Shown piece after piece: positions 27,390 through 39,900 of a stretch of 64,000 nucleotides of DNA (the first letter of the stretch is position 1; every line of letters starts with the position of its first letter). The position numbers and the translations under genes are program-made. This stretch comes from Alistipes sp. (GTDB taxonomy: Bacteria; Bacteroidota; Bacteroidia; Bacteroidales; Rikenellaceae). The notes under the pieces are model-generated. The model worked only from the letters and a program-made list of their open reading frames with translations, ran no database searches and was not told the origin of the DNA. The stretch lies in contig JBGVPZ010000015.1 of assembly GCA_045127275.1 (NCBI GenBank), positions 28,066 through 92,065 of the forward strand, given 5' to 3'.

Positions 27390-28142
27390 TTAGTTGCGAC
27401 CGGCCAGGAAGGCTTCGGCCTTGGCCAGATCCTCGGGTGTGTCGATGCCGATGGTCTCCATCTCGGTGATGCCTACACCGATTTTATAGCCATGCTCCAA
27501 CCAACGCAACTGCTCGAGCGACTCGGCCAGCTCCAAGGTCGATTGTGGCAGGGCTGTCACAGCCTGCAAGACCTTCGTGCGGAAGGCATAGATGCCGATA
27601 TGTTTATAGAAAGTGTGCTGTTTGAGCCACTCCTCGCGCGGCACATTGCGCAGATAGGGGATCACCGAGCGGGAGAAGTAGAGGGCCTGTCCGGCCTGAT
27701 CGACCACCACCTTCGGCGAATTGGGATTCTCCAACGCGGCCAAACCATCCGCCTCCGTAAAGGGTTTCACTAGCGTAGCGATATCGGTCTCGGGACGCTC
27801 AAAGCAGCTCTTCAAGGCCAGCAACTGAGCCGGCTGGATAAAGGGCTCGTCGCCCTGAACGTTGATCACCACATCGTACTGCCCGCCTTGCTTGCAATAG
27901 GCCTCCCAGCAGCGATCCGTACCGCTACGATGCTCCGTAGAGGTCATCTCGACCTTACCGCCAAAGGCGCGTACCGCCTCGTAGATGCGTTCATCGTCGG
28001 TCGCTACGACCGCCTCATCCAACACACCCGCCACCTGCTCATAGACCCGCTGAATGACGCTTTTGCCACCCAACATGGCCAACGGTTTACCCGGAAAGCG
28101 GGTCGAGGCATATCGTGCCGGAATGATTGCTATGAATTTCAT
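27390..28142 (-). CDS. kdsB: 3-deoxy-manno-octulosonate cytidylyltransferase
   Basis: [40 protein letters not shown]. Confidence 0.97.
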   Translation of the reverse strand: MKFIAIIPARYASTRFPGKPLAMLGGKSVIQRVYEQVAGVLDEAVVATDDERIYEAVRAFGGKVEMTSTEHRSGTDRCWEAYCKQGGQYDVVINVQGDEPFIQPAQLLALKSCFERPETDIATLVKPFTEADGLAALENPNSPKVVVDQAGQALYFSRSVIPYLRNVPREEWLKQHTFYKHIGIYAFRTKVLQAVTALPQSTLELAESLEQLRWLEHGYKIGVGITEMETIGIDTPEDLAKAEAFLAGRN

Positions 28143-28153
28143 ACCTTATTCTA

Positions 28154-30583
28154 TTATAAGAGGGCGAGGGCGAGGACCTCGTCGTTGGTTCGTACATAAT
28201 GGAAGGTCAGCCCCTCCAGATAATCGGCCTTGATCTCGGCAATATCCTTGCGATTATCCTCCGAGAGGATCAGCTCGGTGATACCGGCACGTTTGGCCGC
28301 CAAAATCTTCTCCTTGATACCCCCAACGGGCAGCACTCGACCGCGCAGGGAGGTCTCACCGGTCATGGCGATGCGATCCTTGATCTGACGACCCGTAAAG
28401 GTCGAAGCGATCGAGGTAACCATCGTGATACCGGCCGACGGGCCATCCTTCGGGACAGCACCCTCGGGCACGTGGATATTGATATCCTGTTTCTCGAACT
28501 GCTCGGGGTCGATACCCAGTTCTTTATGGTGGGCCTTGACCCACTCGTAGGCGATCGTGGCCGACTCCTTCATCACCGTACCCAGATTACCCGTCAGGTT
28601 CAGATTTCCCTTACCCGGTGTCAGGCACGACTCGATGTAGAGGATATCGCCACCCACCTCGGTCCAAGCCAGGCCGGTCACGACTCCCACCATGCCGCTC
28701 ACCTCGTACTGTTCGTTCAAGAATTTCGGCATACCGAGAATGCGCTCCACCTCGGCAATCGTCATCGCCGTCTCATAGCTCTCCTCGAAGGCGATCTGCT
28801 TGGCACGTGCACGCGCCAGTTTGGCCAGCATCTTATCGAGCGTACGTACGCCCGCCTCACGCGTGTAGCCACTGATGATCTGCTCGACCACCTCGGCCGA
28901 GAGGGTCAGTTGCTCGGGAGTCAAACCATGCGCCTCACACTGTTTTTTAAGCAGGTGATCCAACGCAATGTGTACCTTCTCCTCCATCAGATAGCCCGGG
29001 ATATTGATCATCTCCATGCGGTCGCGCAGGGCCGGAGCGATGTTTTGAATATTATTGGCCGTAGCGATGAAGAGCACCTTCGACAGATCATACTCCATGT
29101 CGATATAATTGTCATGGAAGGTGGTGTTCTGCTCCGGATCGAGCACCTCGAGCAAGGCACTCGACGGGTCGCCGTGGTTCGAGACGGTCAGTTTATCCAC
29201 CTCATCGAGGATGATCACCGGATTTGACGATCCGCAACGCTTGATGGTCTGGATGATGCGACCGGGCATGGCACCGATGTAGGTGCGGCGGTGTCCGCGA
29301 ATCTCCGACTCATCGTGCAGACCGCCCAACGACACTCGGCCAAACTTACGCCACAGCGCAGCAGCCACCGACTTACCGAGCGAGGTCTTACCCACTCCCG
29401 GAGGGCCATAGAGACACAAGATGGGCGACTTCATATCCCCCTTGAGTTTCAGCACAGCCAGGTGCTCCAAGATGCGCTCCTTGACCTCCTCCAAACCGAA
29501 GTGGTCGGCATCGAGCTGTTCGCGAGCCGATGCGAGTTGGGGGTTATCCTCCGTCACTACGTCCCACGGCAGATCGAGCAACAGCTCCAGATAGGTGATC
29601 TGCACCGTATATTCGGCTACCGCCGGATTCATGCGTTCCAGCTTGAGCACCTCCTTCTCGAAGGTAGCAGCCACCTCTTTGGGCCACTGCTTCTTCGCGG
29701 CAGCCTCTCGCAGGCGGTCGATGTCGGCATCCGAACCTTCGCCCAGCTCGTCCTGAATCGTGCGCATCTGCTGTTGCAGGTAGTAGTCGCGCTGCTGTTT
29801 GTCGATCTCCTGCTTGACGCGCTCCTGAATCTGGTTCTTCAGTTCGGCCAACTGTTGCTCGCGGATCAGGATCTCAAGCAGTTTGCGCGAACGAGCTAAC
29901 AGGCCGGGAGCCTCCAGCAGAGCCTGACGATCCTCATCCGTAAGCTCCATATTCGAACAGATGAAGTTGATGATGCCCCGCTTCGAGTCGATGTTCTTAA
30001 TGGCAAAGGCCGCCTCTTTGGGCATCGAGGGCGAGATATTGATGATCGACAGCGCCGTCTCGCGGATCGAATCGACCAGCGCATCGAACTCGATATTACT
30101 CGGCTCGGGCGAAGTATCGCGCAAGGCGCTCACGGTCGCCTTCAGATAGGGCGTCGTGGCTACATATTCGTGTACCTCAATTTTCTGCAATCCATTGAGA
30201 ATGACCGTCAGATTGCCATTCGGCATCTCCAAGATCTTGATGATGCGAGCAGCCGTACCCACCTTGTACATATCGTTGGGCATCGGGTCGTCCACCTCGC
30301 TCTCGCGCTGCAGCACAGCACCCAGCATGCCCCCCTCCTGATTGACGGCACGCACCAGCATGATGCTCTTCTCGCGCCCCACCGTAATCGGCGTAATGGC
30401 ACCCGGGAAGAGCACCGACGAGCGGAGCGTCAGGATGGGCAATACCTCGGGTATCACCTCCTCCTCGCTGGGCTCTTCATCGCCCGAAACGATCGGAATC
30501 ACCCGGTGGTGGCCATCCATCAATTCGGCCGCCAACTTGGCATCCTCGATCTCCATGGTCTCTATTTTTATCTTTTTACTCAT
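28154..30583 (-). CDS. lon: ATP-dependent Lon protease
   Basis: [39 protein letters not shown]. Confidence 0.97.
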   Translation of the reverse strand: MSKKIKIETMEIEDAKLAAELMDGHHRVIPIVSGDEEPSEEEVIPEVLPILTLRSSVLFPGAITPITVGREKSIMLVRAVNQEGGMLGAVLQRESEVDDPMPNDMYKVGTAARIIKILEMPNGNLTVILNGLQKIEVHEYVATTPYLKATVSALRDTSPEPSNIEFDALVDSIRETALSIINISPSMPKEAAFAIKNIDSKRGIINFICSNMELTDEDRQALLEAPGLLARSRKLLEILIREQQLAELKNQIQERVKQEIDKQQRDYYLQQQMRTIQDELGEGSDADIDRLREAAAKKQWPKEVAATFEKEVLKLERMNPAVAEYTVQITYLELLLDLPWDVVTEDNPQLASAREQLDADHFGLEEVKERILEHLAVLKLKGDMKSPILCLYGPPGVGKTSLGKSVAAALWRKFGRVSLGGLHDESEIRGHRRTYIGAMPGRIIQTIKRCGSSNPVIILDEVDKLTVSNHGDPSSALLEVLDPEQNTTFHDNYIDMEYDLSKVLFIATANNIQNIAPALRDRMEMINIPGYLMEEKVHIALDHLLKKQCEAHGLTPEQLTLSAEVVEQIISGYTREAGVRTLDKMLAKLARARAKQIAFEESYETAMTIAEVERILGMPKFLNEQYEVSGMVGVVTGLAWTEVGGDILYIESCLTPGKGNLNLTGNLGTVMKESATIAYEWVKAHHKELGIDPEQFEKQDINIHVPEGAVPKDGPSAGITMVTSIASTFTGRQIKDRIAMTGETSLRGRVLPVGGIKEKILAAKRAGITELILSEDNRKDIAEIKADYLEGLTFHYVRTNDEVLALALL

Positions 30584-30608
30584 AGGTTTCGCAATCGTTA
30601 ATTTGGTG

Positions 30609-30666
30609 CAAAGGTAACGATTTTTCGTAGAAGAATAGGCTTTTCCCTACAAAAATAGTACATTTG
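30609..30666. promoter_or_regulatory. Divergent -7 promoter elements for lon and asnA
   Basis: CAAAGGTA at 30609-16 (TACCTTTG on the minus strand) and TACATTTG at 30659-66. Confidence 0.6.
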
Positions 30667-30692
30667 CACCTCAACCGAGAAGAGAAGGAGCC

Positions 30693-31730
30693 ATGGCACT
30701 CATTTTACCAAAGCACTACTGCAACCCGATTCCCGACCTCGAAGGCACCGAACGTGCCATCAAACAGGTCAAAGAGATGTTCCAAAACAACCTTTCGGCA
30801 CAGCTCGCCCTGCTACGCGTCACCGCTCCATTGGCTGTCTTGAGCCACAGCGGTCTGAATGACGATCTGAACGGCACCGAGCGAGCTGTATCCTTTGCTG
30901 TCAAAGGGGTGGGCGGAGCATCGGCCGAGGTGGTGCACTCGTTGGCCAAATGGAAGCGTTGGAGACTCGCCACCATGCAGACGACTCCCGGACGCGGCAT
31001 CTACACCGACATGAACGCCCTGCGTCCCGAAGAGGAGTTGGACAACCTGCACTCGATCTATGTCGATCAGTGGGACTGGGAGCAGGTCATACGCCCCGAG
31101 GATCGCACCGTGGCCTTTCTGAAAAAGACTGTACGACGCATCTACGAGTCGATCAAGGTGACCGAAAATAAACTCTACACCGAGTTCCCGCAGCTCACCC
31201 CCTCGCTGCCCGAAGAGATCCTCTTCATCCATGCCGAGGAGCTGTTGCAACGCTACCCGAACTACTCGCCCAAAGAGCGCGAACGAGCCATCACCCGCCA
31301 ACATCGTGCCGTCTTCATCATCGGCATCGGTGCTCCCCTCTCGGACGGGCAACCCCACGACCGACGCGCCGCCGACTACGACGATTGGTCCACCCCCAAC
31401 GAGGAGGGTTTTGTCGGGCTCAACGGCGACCTGATGTTGTGGGATTCGGTGCTCGACGAGGCGGTGGAGATCTCCAGCATGGGCATCCGTGTCGATCCGA
31501 AGGCATTGCGACATCAACTCGCATTGCGCGGCGAGGAGCACAAGGCCGCGCTACCCTTCCACCAAGCCCTGCTCAACGAGGAGCTGCCACTGACCGTCGG
31601 TGGCGGTATCGGCCAATCGCGTCTGTGTATGTACCTGCTACGCAAAGCCCATATTGGCGAGGTACAATCGTCGATTTGGCCCGACGAAATGGTGACAGTG
31701 TGTCAAAAACACGGAATCATCCTGGCCTAA
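30693..31730 (+). CDS. asnA: Aspartate--ammonia ligase
   Basis: HSLAKWKR, YVDQWDWE, RAADYDDW, GGGIGQSR. Confidence 0.96.
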   Translation: MALILPKHYCNPIPDLEGTERAIKQVKEMFQNNLSAQLALLRVTAPLAVLSHSGLNDDLNGTERAVSFAVKGVGGASAEVVHSLAKWKRWRLATMQTTPGRGIYTDMNALRPEEELDNLHSIYVDQWDWEQVIRPEDRTVAFLKKTVRRIYESIKVTENKLYTEFPQLTPSLPEEILFIHAEELLQRYPNYSPKERERAITRQHRAVFIIGIGAPLSDGQPHDRRAADYDDWSTPNEEGFVGLNGDLMLWDSVLDEAVEISSMGIRVDPKALRHQLALRGEEHKAALPFHQALLNEELPLTVGGGIGQSRLCMYLLRKAHIGEVQSSIWPDEMVTVCQKHGIILA

Positions 31731-31858
31731 TCAACCACCCGAGAGTTCGAAACGCCTTCACCTACTACGAATTTTGAATCTTGCATTCTAAATTTTGAAT
31801 TTTAATTCGTACCTTTGCAGGTCGAACAAGAAACTAATAAACAACAACCTCATACGTT

Positions 31859-34486
31859 ATGCAGATTGCAGACAAATACACCCCGCAGGCCCTGGAGGCC
31901 AAGTGGTATGACTATTGGATCGAGCATCGTCTCTTTCACTCGGAGCCGGATGCACGCGAACCCTATACGATTGTGATTCCGCCCCCCAATGTGACGGGTA
32001 TGCTCCACATGGGCCACATGCTCAACAACACGTTGCAGGATGTGCTGGTGCGTCGCGCCCGCATGTCGGGCAAGAACGCCTGCTGGGTGCCGGGTATGGA
32101 CCACGCGTCGATCGCTACGGAGGCTAAGGTCGTTGCCATGCTTCACGAACAGGGCATCGAGAAGGCCGACCTGACCCGCGAGGAGTTCCTGAAGCATGCC
32201 TGGGAGTGGAAAGAGAAGTATGGAGGTGTGATCCTCAAGCAGTTGCGTAAGCTGGGTGCTTCGTGCGACTGGGAGCGTACCTGCTTCACGATGGACGATG
32301 CTCGCACGGAGAGCGTCTTGCGCGTCTTCTGCGATCTGTACGAAAAGGGCAAGATCTATCGCGGCGTGCGCATGGTGAACTGGGATCCCTCGGCCAAGAC
32401 GGCTCTGTCGGACGAGGAGGTAATCTTCAAGGAGTCGCACGGTAAGCTCTACTACCTGCGTTACAAGGTGGAGGGTTCAGACGAGGCGTTGATCGTGGCT
32501 ACGACGCGTCCCGAGACCATTTTGGGCGATACGGCCTTGTGTGTCAATCCGAACGACCCGCGCTACCAGCACCTCGCAGCCGATGCACGTGTCATCGTGC
32601 CGATCGTAGGCCGTTCGATTCCTATCATCCGCGACGAGTATGTCGATATTGAGTTCGGTACGGGTGCCCTGAAGGTGACGCCGGCCCACGATGTGAACGA
32701 CTACATGCTGGGTGAGAAGTACGGTCTGGAGTCGATCGACATCTTCAACGACGATGGTACGATCAACGATAAGGTGGGCATCTACGTAGGCATGGATCGC
32801 TTCGAGCTGCGCAAGCAGATCGAGAAAGATCTACAAGAGGCCGGCTTGCTGGAGAAGACCGAGGACTACACGAACAACGTCGGTTACTCGGAGCGTACGG
32901 GTGTAGCCATCGAGCCGAAGCTCTCGATGCAATGGTTCCTCTCGATGGAGGAGCTGGCCAAGCCTGCCACGTCAGCCGTCTTGGAGGATGTGATCCGCTT
33001 TGTCCCCGAGAAGTATAAGAACACCTACCGCCACTGGATGGAGAACATCAAGGATTGGTGTATCTCGCGCCAGCTGTGGTGGGGTCAGCGCATTCCGGCC
33101 TACTACCTCCCGAAGGGTGGCTATGTCGTAGCCGTGACGGCCGAGGAGGCCTTGGAGAAGGCTCGCGCCAAGACGGGCGACGAGACGCTCACGAAGGCCG
33201 ACCTGCGCCAGGATGAGGATGTACTCGACACGTGGTTCTCGTCGTGGCTGTGGCCCATCTCGGTATTCGACGGCATCCGCAACCCCGAGAATGAGGAGAT
33301 TCAGTACTACTACCCGACCAACGATCTGGTGACGGGTCCCGACATCATCTTCTTCTGGGTAGCCCGCATGATCATGGCCGGCTATGAGTATCGCTCGGCC
33401 GAGCCCTTCCGCAATGTCTATTTCACGGGTATCGTCCGCGATAAGATCGGCCGCAAGATGTCGAAGCAGTTGGGCAACTCGCCCGATCCGCTCGATCTGA
33501 TCGAGAAATATGGTGCCGACGGTGTGCGTCTGGCTATGCTCATGTCCTCGTCGGCCGGTAACGACGTGATGTTCGACGAGGCCCTCTGCGAGCAGGGTCG
33601 CAACTTCGGTAACAAGATCTGGAATGCCTATCGTCTGGTCAATGGCTGGACGGTCGATGCCGCCCTGCCCCAAAGCGAGAACAACCGCCTGGCTATCGCT
33701 TGGTTTGAGCAGGCACTGGGTCGCACGTTGCGCGAGGTGGAGGCTGACTTCCGTCAATACCGCATCTCGGAGGCCTGCACGAAACTCTACAAACTCTTCT
33801 GGGATGAGTTCAGTGCCCTCTATCTGGAGATCATCAAGCCGGCATTCGGTCAGCCGATCGATGCCGAGACGATGGCCGCTACCAAATCCTTCTTCGATGC
33901 GCTGATGCGCACGCTGCACCCCTTCATGCCCTTCGTTACGGAGGAGATCTGGCAGGATGTGGCTCCGCGTCAGGCCGGTGAGTCGATCTGCGTAGCCCCG
34001 ATGCCGACGCCCGCAGCAGCTGAGGAGGCTGTGTTGGCTCGCTTTGAGCTGGCTCACGAGATTATCTCGTCGGTGCGCAACATCCGCAACCAGAAGAACC
34101 TCCCGCAGAAGGAGCAGCTCACGTTGCGTGTGATTGTCGATGAGAACTATCCGGCCGAGTATGCCCCCGTCATCTCGAAGATGGCCAACCTGAAGGCTAT
34201 CGAGCAGACCGCAGAGAAGGATGCCGCAGCAGCTGCCTTCTTAGTCAAGACGACGCAATATTTCGTGCCGCTGGAGGGCATGATCGACGCTGAGGCCGAG
34301 AAGAAGAAGCTGGCCGACGATTTGGCCTACTACGAGGGCTTCTTGAAGAGCGTCCTGGCAAAACTTTCGAACGAGCGATTCGTACAGAACGCACCCGAGA
34401 AGGTGGTCGCCAACGAGCGCGCCAAGCAGGCCGATGCCGAGGCAAAGATTGCCGCCATCAAGGAGCAATTGGCCGCACTCCAGTAG
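31859..34486 (+). CDS. valS: Valine--tRNA ligase
   Basis: [30 protein letters not shown]-terminal coiled coil. Confidence 0.97.
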   Translation: MQIADKYTPQALEAKWYDYWIEHRLFHSEPDAREPYTIVIPPPNVTGMLHMGHMLNNTLQDVLVRRARMSGKNACWVPGMDHASIATEAKVVAMLHEQGIEKADLTREEFLKHAWEWKEKYGGVILKQLRKLGASCDWERTCFTMDDARTESVLRVFCDLYEKGKIYRGVRMVNWDPSAKTALSDEEVIFKESHGKLYYLRYKVEGSDEALIVATTRPETILGDTALCVNPNDPRYQHLAADARVIVPIVGRSIPIIRDEYVDIEFGTGALKVTPAHDVNDYMLGEKYGLESIDIFNDDGTINDKVGIYVGMDRFELRKQIEKDLQEAGLLEKTEDYTNNVGYSERTGVAIEPKLSMQWFLSMEELAKPATSAVLEDVIRFVPEKYKNTYRHWMENIKDWCISRQLWWGQRIPAYYLPKGGYVVAVTAEEALEKARAKTGDETLTKADLRQDEDVLDTWFSSWLWPISVFDGIRNPENEEIQYYYPTNDLVTGPDIIFFWVARMIMAGYEYRSAEPFRNVYFTGIVRDKIGRKMSKQLGNSPDPLDLIEKYGADGVRLAMLMSSSAGNDVMFDEALCEQGRNFGNKIWNAYRLVNGWTVDAALPQSENNRLAIAWFEQALGRTLREVEADFRQYRISEACTKLYKLFWDEFSALYLEIIKPAFGQPIDAETMAATKSFFDALMRTLHPFMPFVTEEIWQDVAPRQAGESICVAPMPTPAAAEEAVLARFELAHEIISSVRNIRNQKNLPQKEQLTLRVIVDENYPAEYAPVISKMANLKAIEQTAEKDAAAAAFLVKTTQYFVPLEGMIDAEAEKKKLADDLAYYEGFLKSVLAKLSNERFVQNAPEKVVANERAKQADAEAKIAAIKEQLAALQ

Positions 34487-34495
34487 AGGTAAAGG

Positions 34496-34948
34496 ATGCA
34501 CATTACCATCTATACCGACGGTTCATCACTTGGCAACCCGGGCCCGGGAGGGTTCGGGTGTGTCTTGTTGGCAGGACCGCACCGTAAGGAGATCGCCCAG
34601 GGGTATCGCATGACGACCAACAACCGCATGGAGCTGATGGCCGTCTGCGTAGCCCTCGAAGCGTTGAAGTTCGAGGGTTCGGATGTCACGCTCTATTCCG
34701 ACTCGAAATATGTGGTCGATGCGATCGAAAAGCGGTGGGTATTCGGTTGGGAGCGCAAAGGCTTCTCGGGGAAGAAAAATCCCGATCTATGGATGCGCTT
34801 TTTGCGCGTCTATCGTCGCCATCAGGTTCGCTTCGTCTGGGTCAAAGGCCACGCCTCGACCGTCGAAAACAACCGTTGCGACGAGCTGGCCGTAGCGGCT
34901 GCCAATGGAGGAAATCTCCTCGAAGATGGTGGTTATCAGCCTGAATAA
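34496..34948 (+). CDS. rnhA: Ribonuclease HI
   Basis: YTDGSSLGNPGPGG, TTNNRMEL, SDSKYV, WVKGH, NNRCDELA. Confidence 0.96.
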   Translation: MHITIYTDGSSLGNPGPGGFGCVLLAGPHRKEIAQGYRMTTNNRMELMAVCVALEALKFEGSDVTLYSDSKYVVDAIEKRWVFGWERKGFSGKKNPDLWMRFLRVYRRHQVRFVWVKGHASTVENNRCDELAVAAANGGNLLEDGGYQPE

Positions 34949-35015
34949 CCGCTCAAATTTGGCAATATCGAAAGATATTGCTATTTTTGTCTGTTTTTGA
35001 TAGCAACGACTCATT

Positions 35016-36845
35016 ATGTTCAAGACCTATTTACGGCTTTTGGGCTTTGCCCGACCGATTCAGAAATACGCGATTCCCTATTTCTTCTATTCGCTCTTCT
35101 ATGCCGTTTTCAACTCGCTGACCTTCGTGCTCATCGTCCCGATCATGAACACGATGTTCGATCCCGACTACACCTTTGAGCCGGTACACGAGTTGCCCCC
35201 GGTGGAGTTCAGCACCGACTACCTGACCACCTTCTTCAACTACACCTATTCGCAGATCTATCCCGAATATGATCGTCAGAAGGTGCTCATCATGTTGGCG
35301 CTGTTCACGATCTTCATCAGCTTCTTGAGCAACCTGTTCCGTTATCTGGGTGCCTGGACTGTGGAGTCGATGCGAGCTCGCACGTTGCAACGCATGCGCG
35401 ACGAGATGTTCTCGCGGGTGATGGATATGCACGTCGGCTACTTCAGCGACCAGCAGAAGGGCGATATTATTTCACGCATCACGGCCGATGTGAATGTCGT
35501 GCAGTTCTGCATCACCAACACGCTGCTCGTGGCCTTCCGCGAACCCTTCCTGATCATCGGTTACATCGCCATGATGGTGATTCTTTCGTGGGAGTTGTCG
35601 GTCTTCTCGATCCTCTTCCTGCCGCTGGTAGCCCTGATGATCGGCAGCATCGTCAAGCGACTGCGCCATCCGGCTCGCACGAATCAGCGTCGCCTGGGCG
35701 AAATGGTCTCGGCACTCGACGAATCGCTGGCCGGTGTGAAGGTTATCAAGAGCTACAATGCTACGAACTACGTCAAGCGCAACTTCTTCGGCATCAACGA
35801 AGAGGTAGCCCGACTGACCCTCTCGATGGCTCGTCGCCAGCAGTTGGCCTCGCCCATGAGTGAGTTTTTGGGAATCTCGGCCGTCGGCGTCGTGCTGGTC
35901 TTTGGTGGTGTGCTGGTGGGCAACGGTTCGCTCGATCCGGGCTCATTTATCGCCTTCGTGGCCATCTTCTCACAGATTACGCGTCCGGTACGCCACTTTG
36001 TCGATCAATTTGCCAATATCAACCAGGGTATTGCCGCCGGTGAGCGTATTTTCGGAATCATCGACTCGCGCCCGAAAATCGAGGATAAGCCCGACGCCAA
36101 GACCTTTGGCGGACTGAAGGATAAGATCGAGTTCCGCGACGTACACTTCAGCTACGACGGCCAGCGCGAGGTGATCGACGGTGTTTCGTTTGAGATTCGT
36201 CGGGGTGAGACCGTAGCTCTGGTAGGCCCCTCGGGTGGTGGTAAATCGACCCTCTCGGAGCTTATTCCGCGCTTCTACGACCCCACGAAGGGTGAGATTC
36301 TAATCGACGGAGTGCCCCTTTCGGACTATTCGCAGCAGAGTCTGCGCGCACACATGAGCATCGTCGCCCAAGAGACCGTGCTGTTCAACGATTCGATCGA
36401 GGAGAACCTCAAAATGGGTAAGGCAGAGGCCACGCACGAGGAGATCGTGGCTGCAGCCCGCATTGCCAATGCCGACGAATTTATTGAGCAGACGACAGAG
36501 GGCTATCAGACCAACATCGGAGACCGCGGAGCGAAACTCTCGGGAGGTCAGCGTCAGCGACTCTCGATTGCCCGTGCCGTGTTGAAGAATCCCGAGATTC
36601 TGATCCTTGACGAGGCCACCTCGGCCCTCGACACCGAGAGCGAAAAGTTGGTGCAGGATGCCCTGAACAAGCTTCTCAAGGGCCGCACATCGGTCATCAT
36701 TGCCCACCGTCTGTCGACCATCCAGGGAGCCGACAAGATCATCGTCGTCTCCGAGGGTAAGATTGCCGAGCAAGGCACACACGATGAGCTGATTGCCCTC
36801 GGCGGCATCTACGCTCACCTGATCGAGATGCAGAGCTTTTCGTAG
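35016..36845 (+). CDS. ABC transporter, fused permease/ATPase (MsbA-like)
   Basis: N-terminal TM domain; GPSGGGKST, LSGGQRQR, ILDEATSALD. Confidence 0.9.
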   Translation: MFKTYLRLLGFARPIQKYAIPYFFYSLFYAVFNSLTFVLIVPIMNTMFDPDYTFEPVHELPPVEFSTDYLTTFFNYTYSQIYPEYDRQKVLIMLALFTIFISFLSNLFRYLGAWTVESMRARTLQRMRDEMFSRVMDMHVGYFSDQQKGDIISRITADVNVVQFCITNTLLVAFREPFLIIGYIAMMVILSWELSVFSILFLPLVALMIGSIVKRLRHPARTNQRRLGEMVSALDESLAGVKVIKSYNATNYVKRNFFGINEEVARLTLSMARRQQLASPMSEFLGISAVGVVLVFGGVLVGNGSLDPGSFIAFVAIFSQITRPVRHFVDQFANINQGIAAGERIFGIIDSRPKIEDKPDAKTFGGLKDKIEFRDVHFSYDGQREVIDGVSFEIRRGETVALVGPSGGGKSTLSELIPRFYDPTKGEILIDGVPLSDYSQQSLRAHMSIVAQETVLFNDSIEENLKMGKAEATHEEIVAAARIANADEFIEQTTEGYQTNIGDRGAKLSGGQRQRLSIARAVLKNPEILILDEATSALDTESEKLVQDALNKLLKGRTSVIIAHRLSTIQGADKIIVVSEGKIAEQGTHDELIALGGIYAHLIEMQSFS

Positions 36846-36956
36846 CGGTCGGATAAAATTCAGCCCTCCATATTAAAATTGGCACAACCAAAGGATTGGT
36901 TGTGCTATTTTTTTCTTATCTTTGCTCCTTAAAGAGAATTACGCAAAATTTACGAT

Positions 36957-39900
36957 ATGAAATTCAACGAGTACAAAGGCTTGGATCTGGCCAAGATCGC
37001 AGACGAGGTACTGGCTCGCTGGGACGAGCAGCACACCTTCGAGAAGAGTCTCTCGACCCGCGAGGGACACCCCTCATTCGTATTCTTCGAGGGTCCCCCC
37101 TCGGCCAACGGTATGCCGGGTATTCACCACGTGATGGCACGCACGATCAAGGATGTCTTCTGCCGCTACAAGACACAGCAGGGATTCCAGGTGCAGCGCA
37201 AAGCTGGTTGGGACACCCACGGTCTGCCCGTTGAGTTGGGTGTCGAGAAGAAACTCGGCATCACGAAGGAGGATATCGGTCGTAAAATCTCGATCGAGGA
37301 GTACAACCGCGCCTGCCGCGAGGCGGTGATGGAGTTCACGGGCGTGTGGGAGGATCTGACGCGCAAGATGGGCTACTGGGTCAATATGCAGGACCCCTAC
37401 ATCACCTACGACAACAAATATATCGAGACCCTTTGGTGGATGCTCAAGCAGCTCTTCGAAAAAGGGTTGCTCTATAAGGGTTACACGATTCAGCCCTACT
37501 CGCCGGCTGCCGGTACGGGTCTTTCGACCCACGAGCTGAACCAGCCCGGCTGCTACCGCGACGTGAAGGATACGACGATGGTGGCCCAATTCAAGATGGT
37601 CGATCCCAAGCCCGAGATGACGGCCTGGGGTACGCCCTATTTCATCGCTTGGACGACGACCCCCTGGACACTGCCCTCGAATACGGCTCTTTGCGTAGGC
37701 CCGAAGATCGACTACGTAGCTGTCCAGAGCTACAACGGCTACACGGGTGAGAAGATCACGGTCGTATTGGCCAAGGCCCTGCTCTACAACCACTTCAACA
37801 AGAAGGCCGAGGGCCTCGCACTCGAAGAGTACAAGCCGGGCGACAAGCTCATCCCCTTCCGCGTGGTGGGCGAATACAAGGGTACGGATCTCGTAGGCAT
37901 GCGCTACGAGCAATTGATCCCGTGGGTGAAGCCCGTGGAGATGATCAGCGACAAGCAGTGGCAAGTGGCCTCGGAGAAGGCCTTCCGCGTCATTCCGGGC
38001 GACTACGTGACGACCGAGGATGGTACGGGTATCGTACACATCGCCCCGACGTTTGGTGCCGACGATGCCCAGGTGGCACGTGCTGCCGGTGTGCCGGCCC
38101 TCTACATGATCAACAAGCGTGGCGAGACGCGCCCGATGGTCGATCTGACGGGTAAATTCTACCTCACCGAGGAGTTGGACGAGGACTTTGTCGAGCAGTG
38201 CATCGACACGGCTCTCTATGCCGACTATGCCGGTCGTTATGTGAAGAATGCCTACGACCCGCAGTTCAACCCCGGAGGTAAATACGACGAACAGGCAGCC
38301 GCAGCAGCCGAGACACTCGATGTCTATATCGCCATCCGCCTGAAGGAGCAGATGAAGGCCTTCAAGATCGAGAAGCATGTCCACAACTATCCCCACTGCT
38401 GGCGTACGGACAAGCCGGTGCTCTACTACCCGCTCGATTCGTGGTTCATCCGTTCGACGGCCATGAAGGAGCGCATGATGACGCTCAACGAGACGATCAA
38501 GTGGAAGCCCGAATCGACCGGTACGGGTCGCTTTGGCAAGTGGTTGGAGAATCTGAACGACTGGAACCTCTCGCGTTCGCGTTTCTGGGGTACGCCGCTG
38601 CCGATCTGGGCAACGGAGGATCGTTCGGAGATTCGCTGCATCGGCTCGATCGAGGAGCTGATGGGCGAGATCGAGAAGTCGATCGAGGCCGGCCTGATGA
38701 CCGAGAATCCCTATAAGAATTTTGTCGTGGGCGACATGTCGAAGGAGAACTACTCGACCGAGCGCATCGACCTACACCGTCCCTACGTAGACCAGATCGT
38801 ACTCACCTCGTCGAAGGGTGAGCCAATGCGCCGTGAGGCAGACCTGATCGACGTATGGTTCGACTCGGGTGCTATGCCCTACGCCCAGCGTCACTATCCG
38901 TTCGAGAATCAGGAGAACTTCGGCTCGCTCTTCCCGGCCGACTTCGTGGCCGAGGGTGTCGATCAGACGCGCGGCTGGTTCTTCACGCTCCACGCATTGG
39001 CGACGATGCTCTTCGACTCGGTAGCCTTCAAGAACATCATCTCGAATGGTTTGGTATTGGACAAGAACGGCAACAAGATGTCGAAGCGTCTGGGTAATGC
39101 CGTCGATCCGTTTGAGGTACTGGCCGGCTATGGTGCCGATGCCACGCGTTGGTATATGATCTCCAACTCGCAGCCGTGGGACAACCTGAAGTTCGACGTG
39201 GAGGGTGTCAAGGAGGTGCGCAACAAGTTCTTCGGCACGCTCTACAACACCTACTCGTTCTTTGCCCTCTATGCCAATATCGACGGCTTCACCGGTCGTG
39301 AGGAGGAGGTACCGGTAGCACAGCGTCCCGAGATCGACCGTTGGATCCTCTCGGAGCTCAACACACTCATTCGTCGCGTGACGGAGTATCTCGAGGATTA
39401 CGACCCGACACCCGCAGCTCGTGCCATCCAGGAGTTTGTCGATCGCAACCTCTCGAACTGGTATGTGCGCCTGAATCGCAAGCGTTTCTGGGCCGGAGAA
39501 ATGACCCAGGATAAGCTGGCCGCCTACCAGACACTCTACACCTGTCTGGAGACGATCGTGAAGCTCGCTGCTCCCTTTGCCCCCTTCATTTCGGATCGGA
39601 TCTTCACGGATCTGAATGCCGTGAGTGGCCGCCATGCGGAGTGCTCGGTGCACATCGCCGACTTCCCGAAGGTGGACGATGCGTTGATCAACGCCGATTT
39701 GGAGGCCATGATGGGTATAGCACAGCAAGTTACCTCGATGACCCTAGCCCTGCGCCGCAAGGTCTCGATCAAGGTGCGTCAGCCACTGCAGAAGATCATG
39801 ATCCCGGTACTCGATCCGGCCATGGCCCGTCATATCGAGGCGGTCAAGACGCTGGTCGAGAACGAGGTCAATGTCAAGGATATCGAGCTGCTACACGACA

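Noticed and set aside
29340-29550. Odd Lon residues (ALWRKF where G is usual; DNPQL where L is usual)
   Set aside because: Single-base changes that may be polymorphism or sequencing error; catalytic motifs are intact
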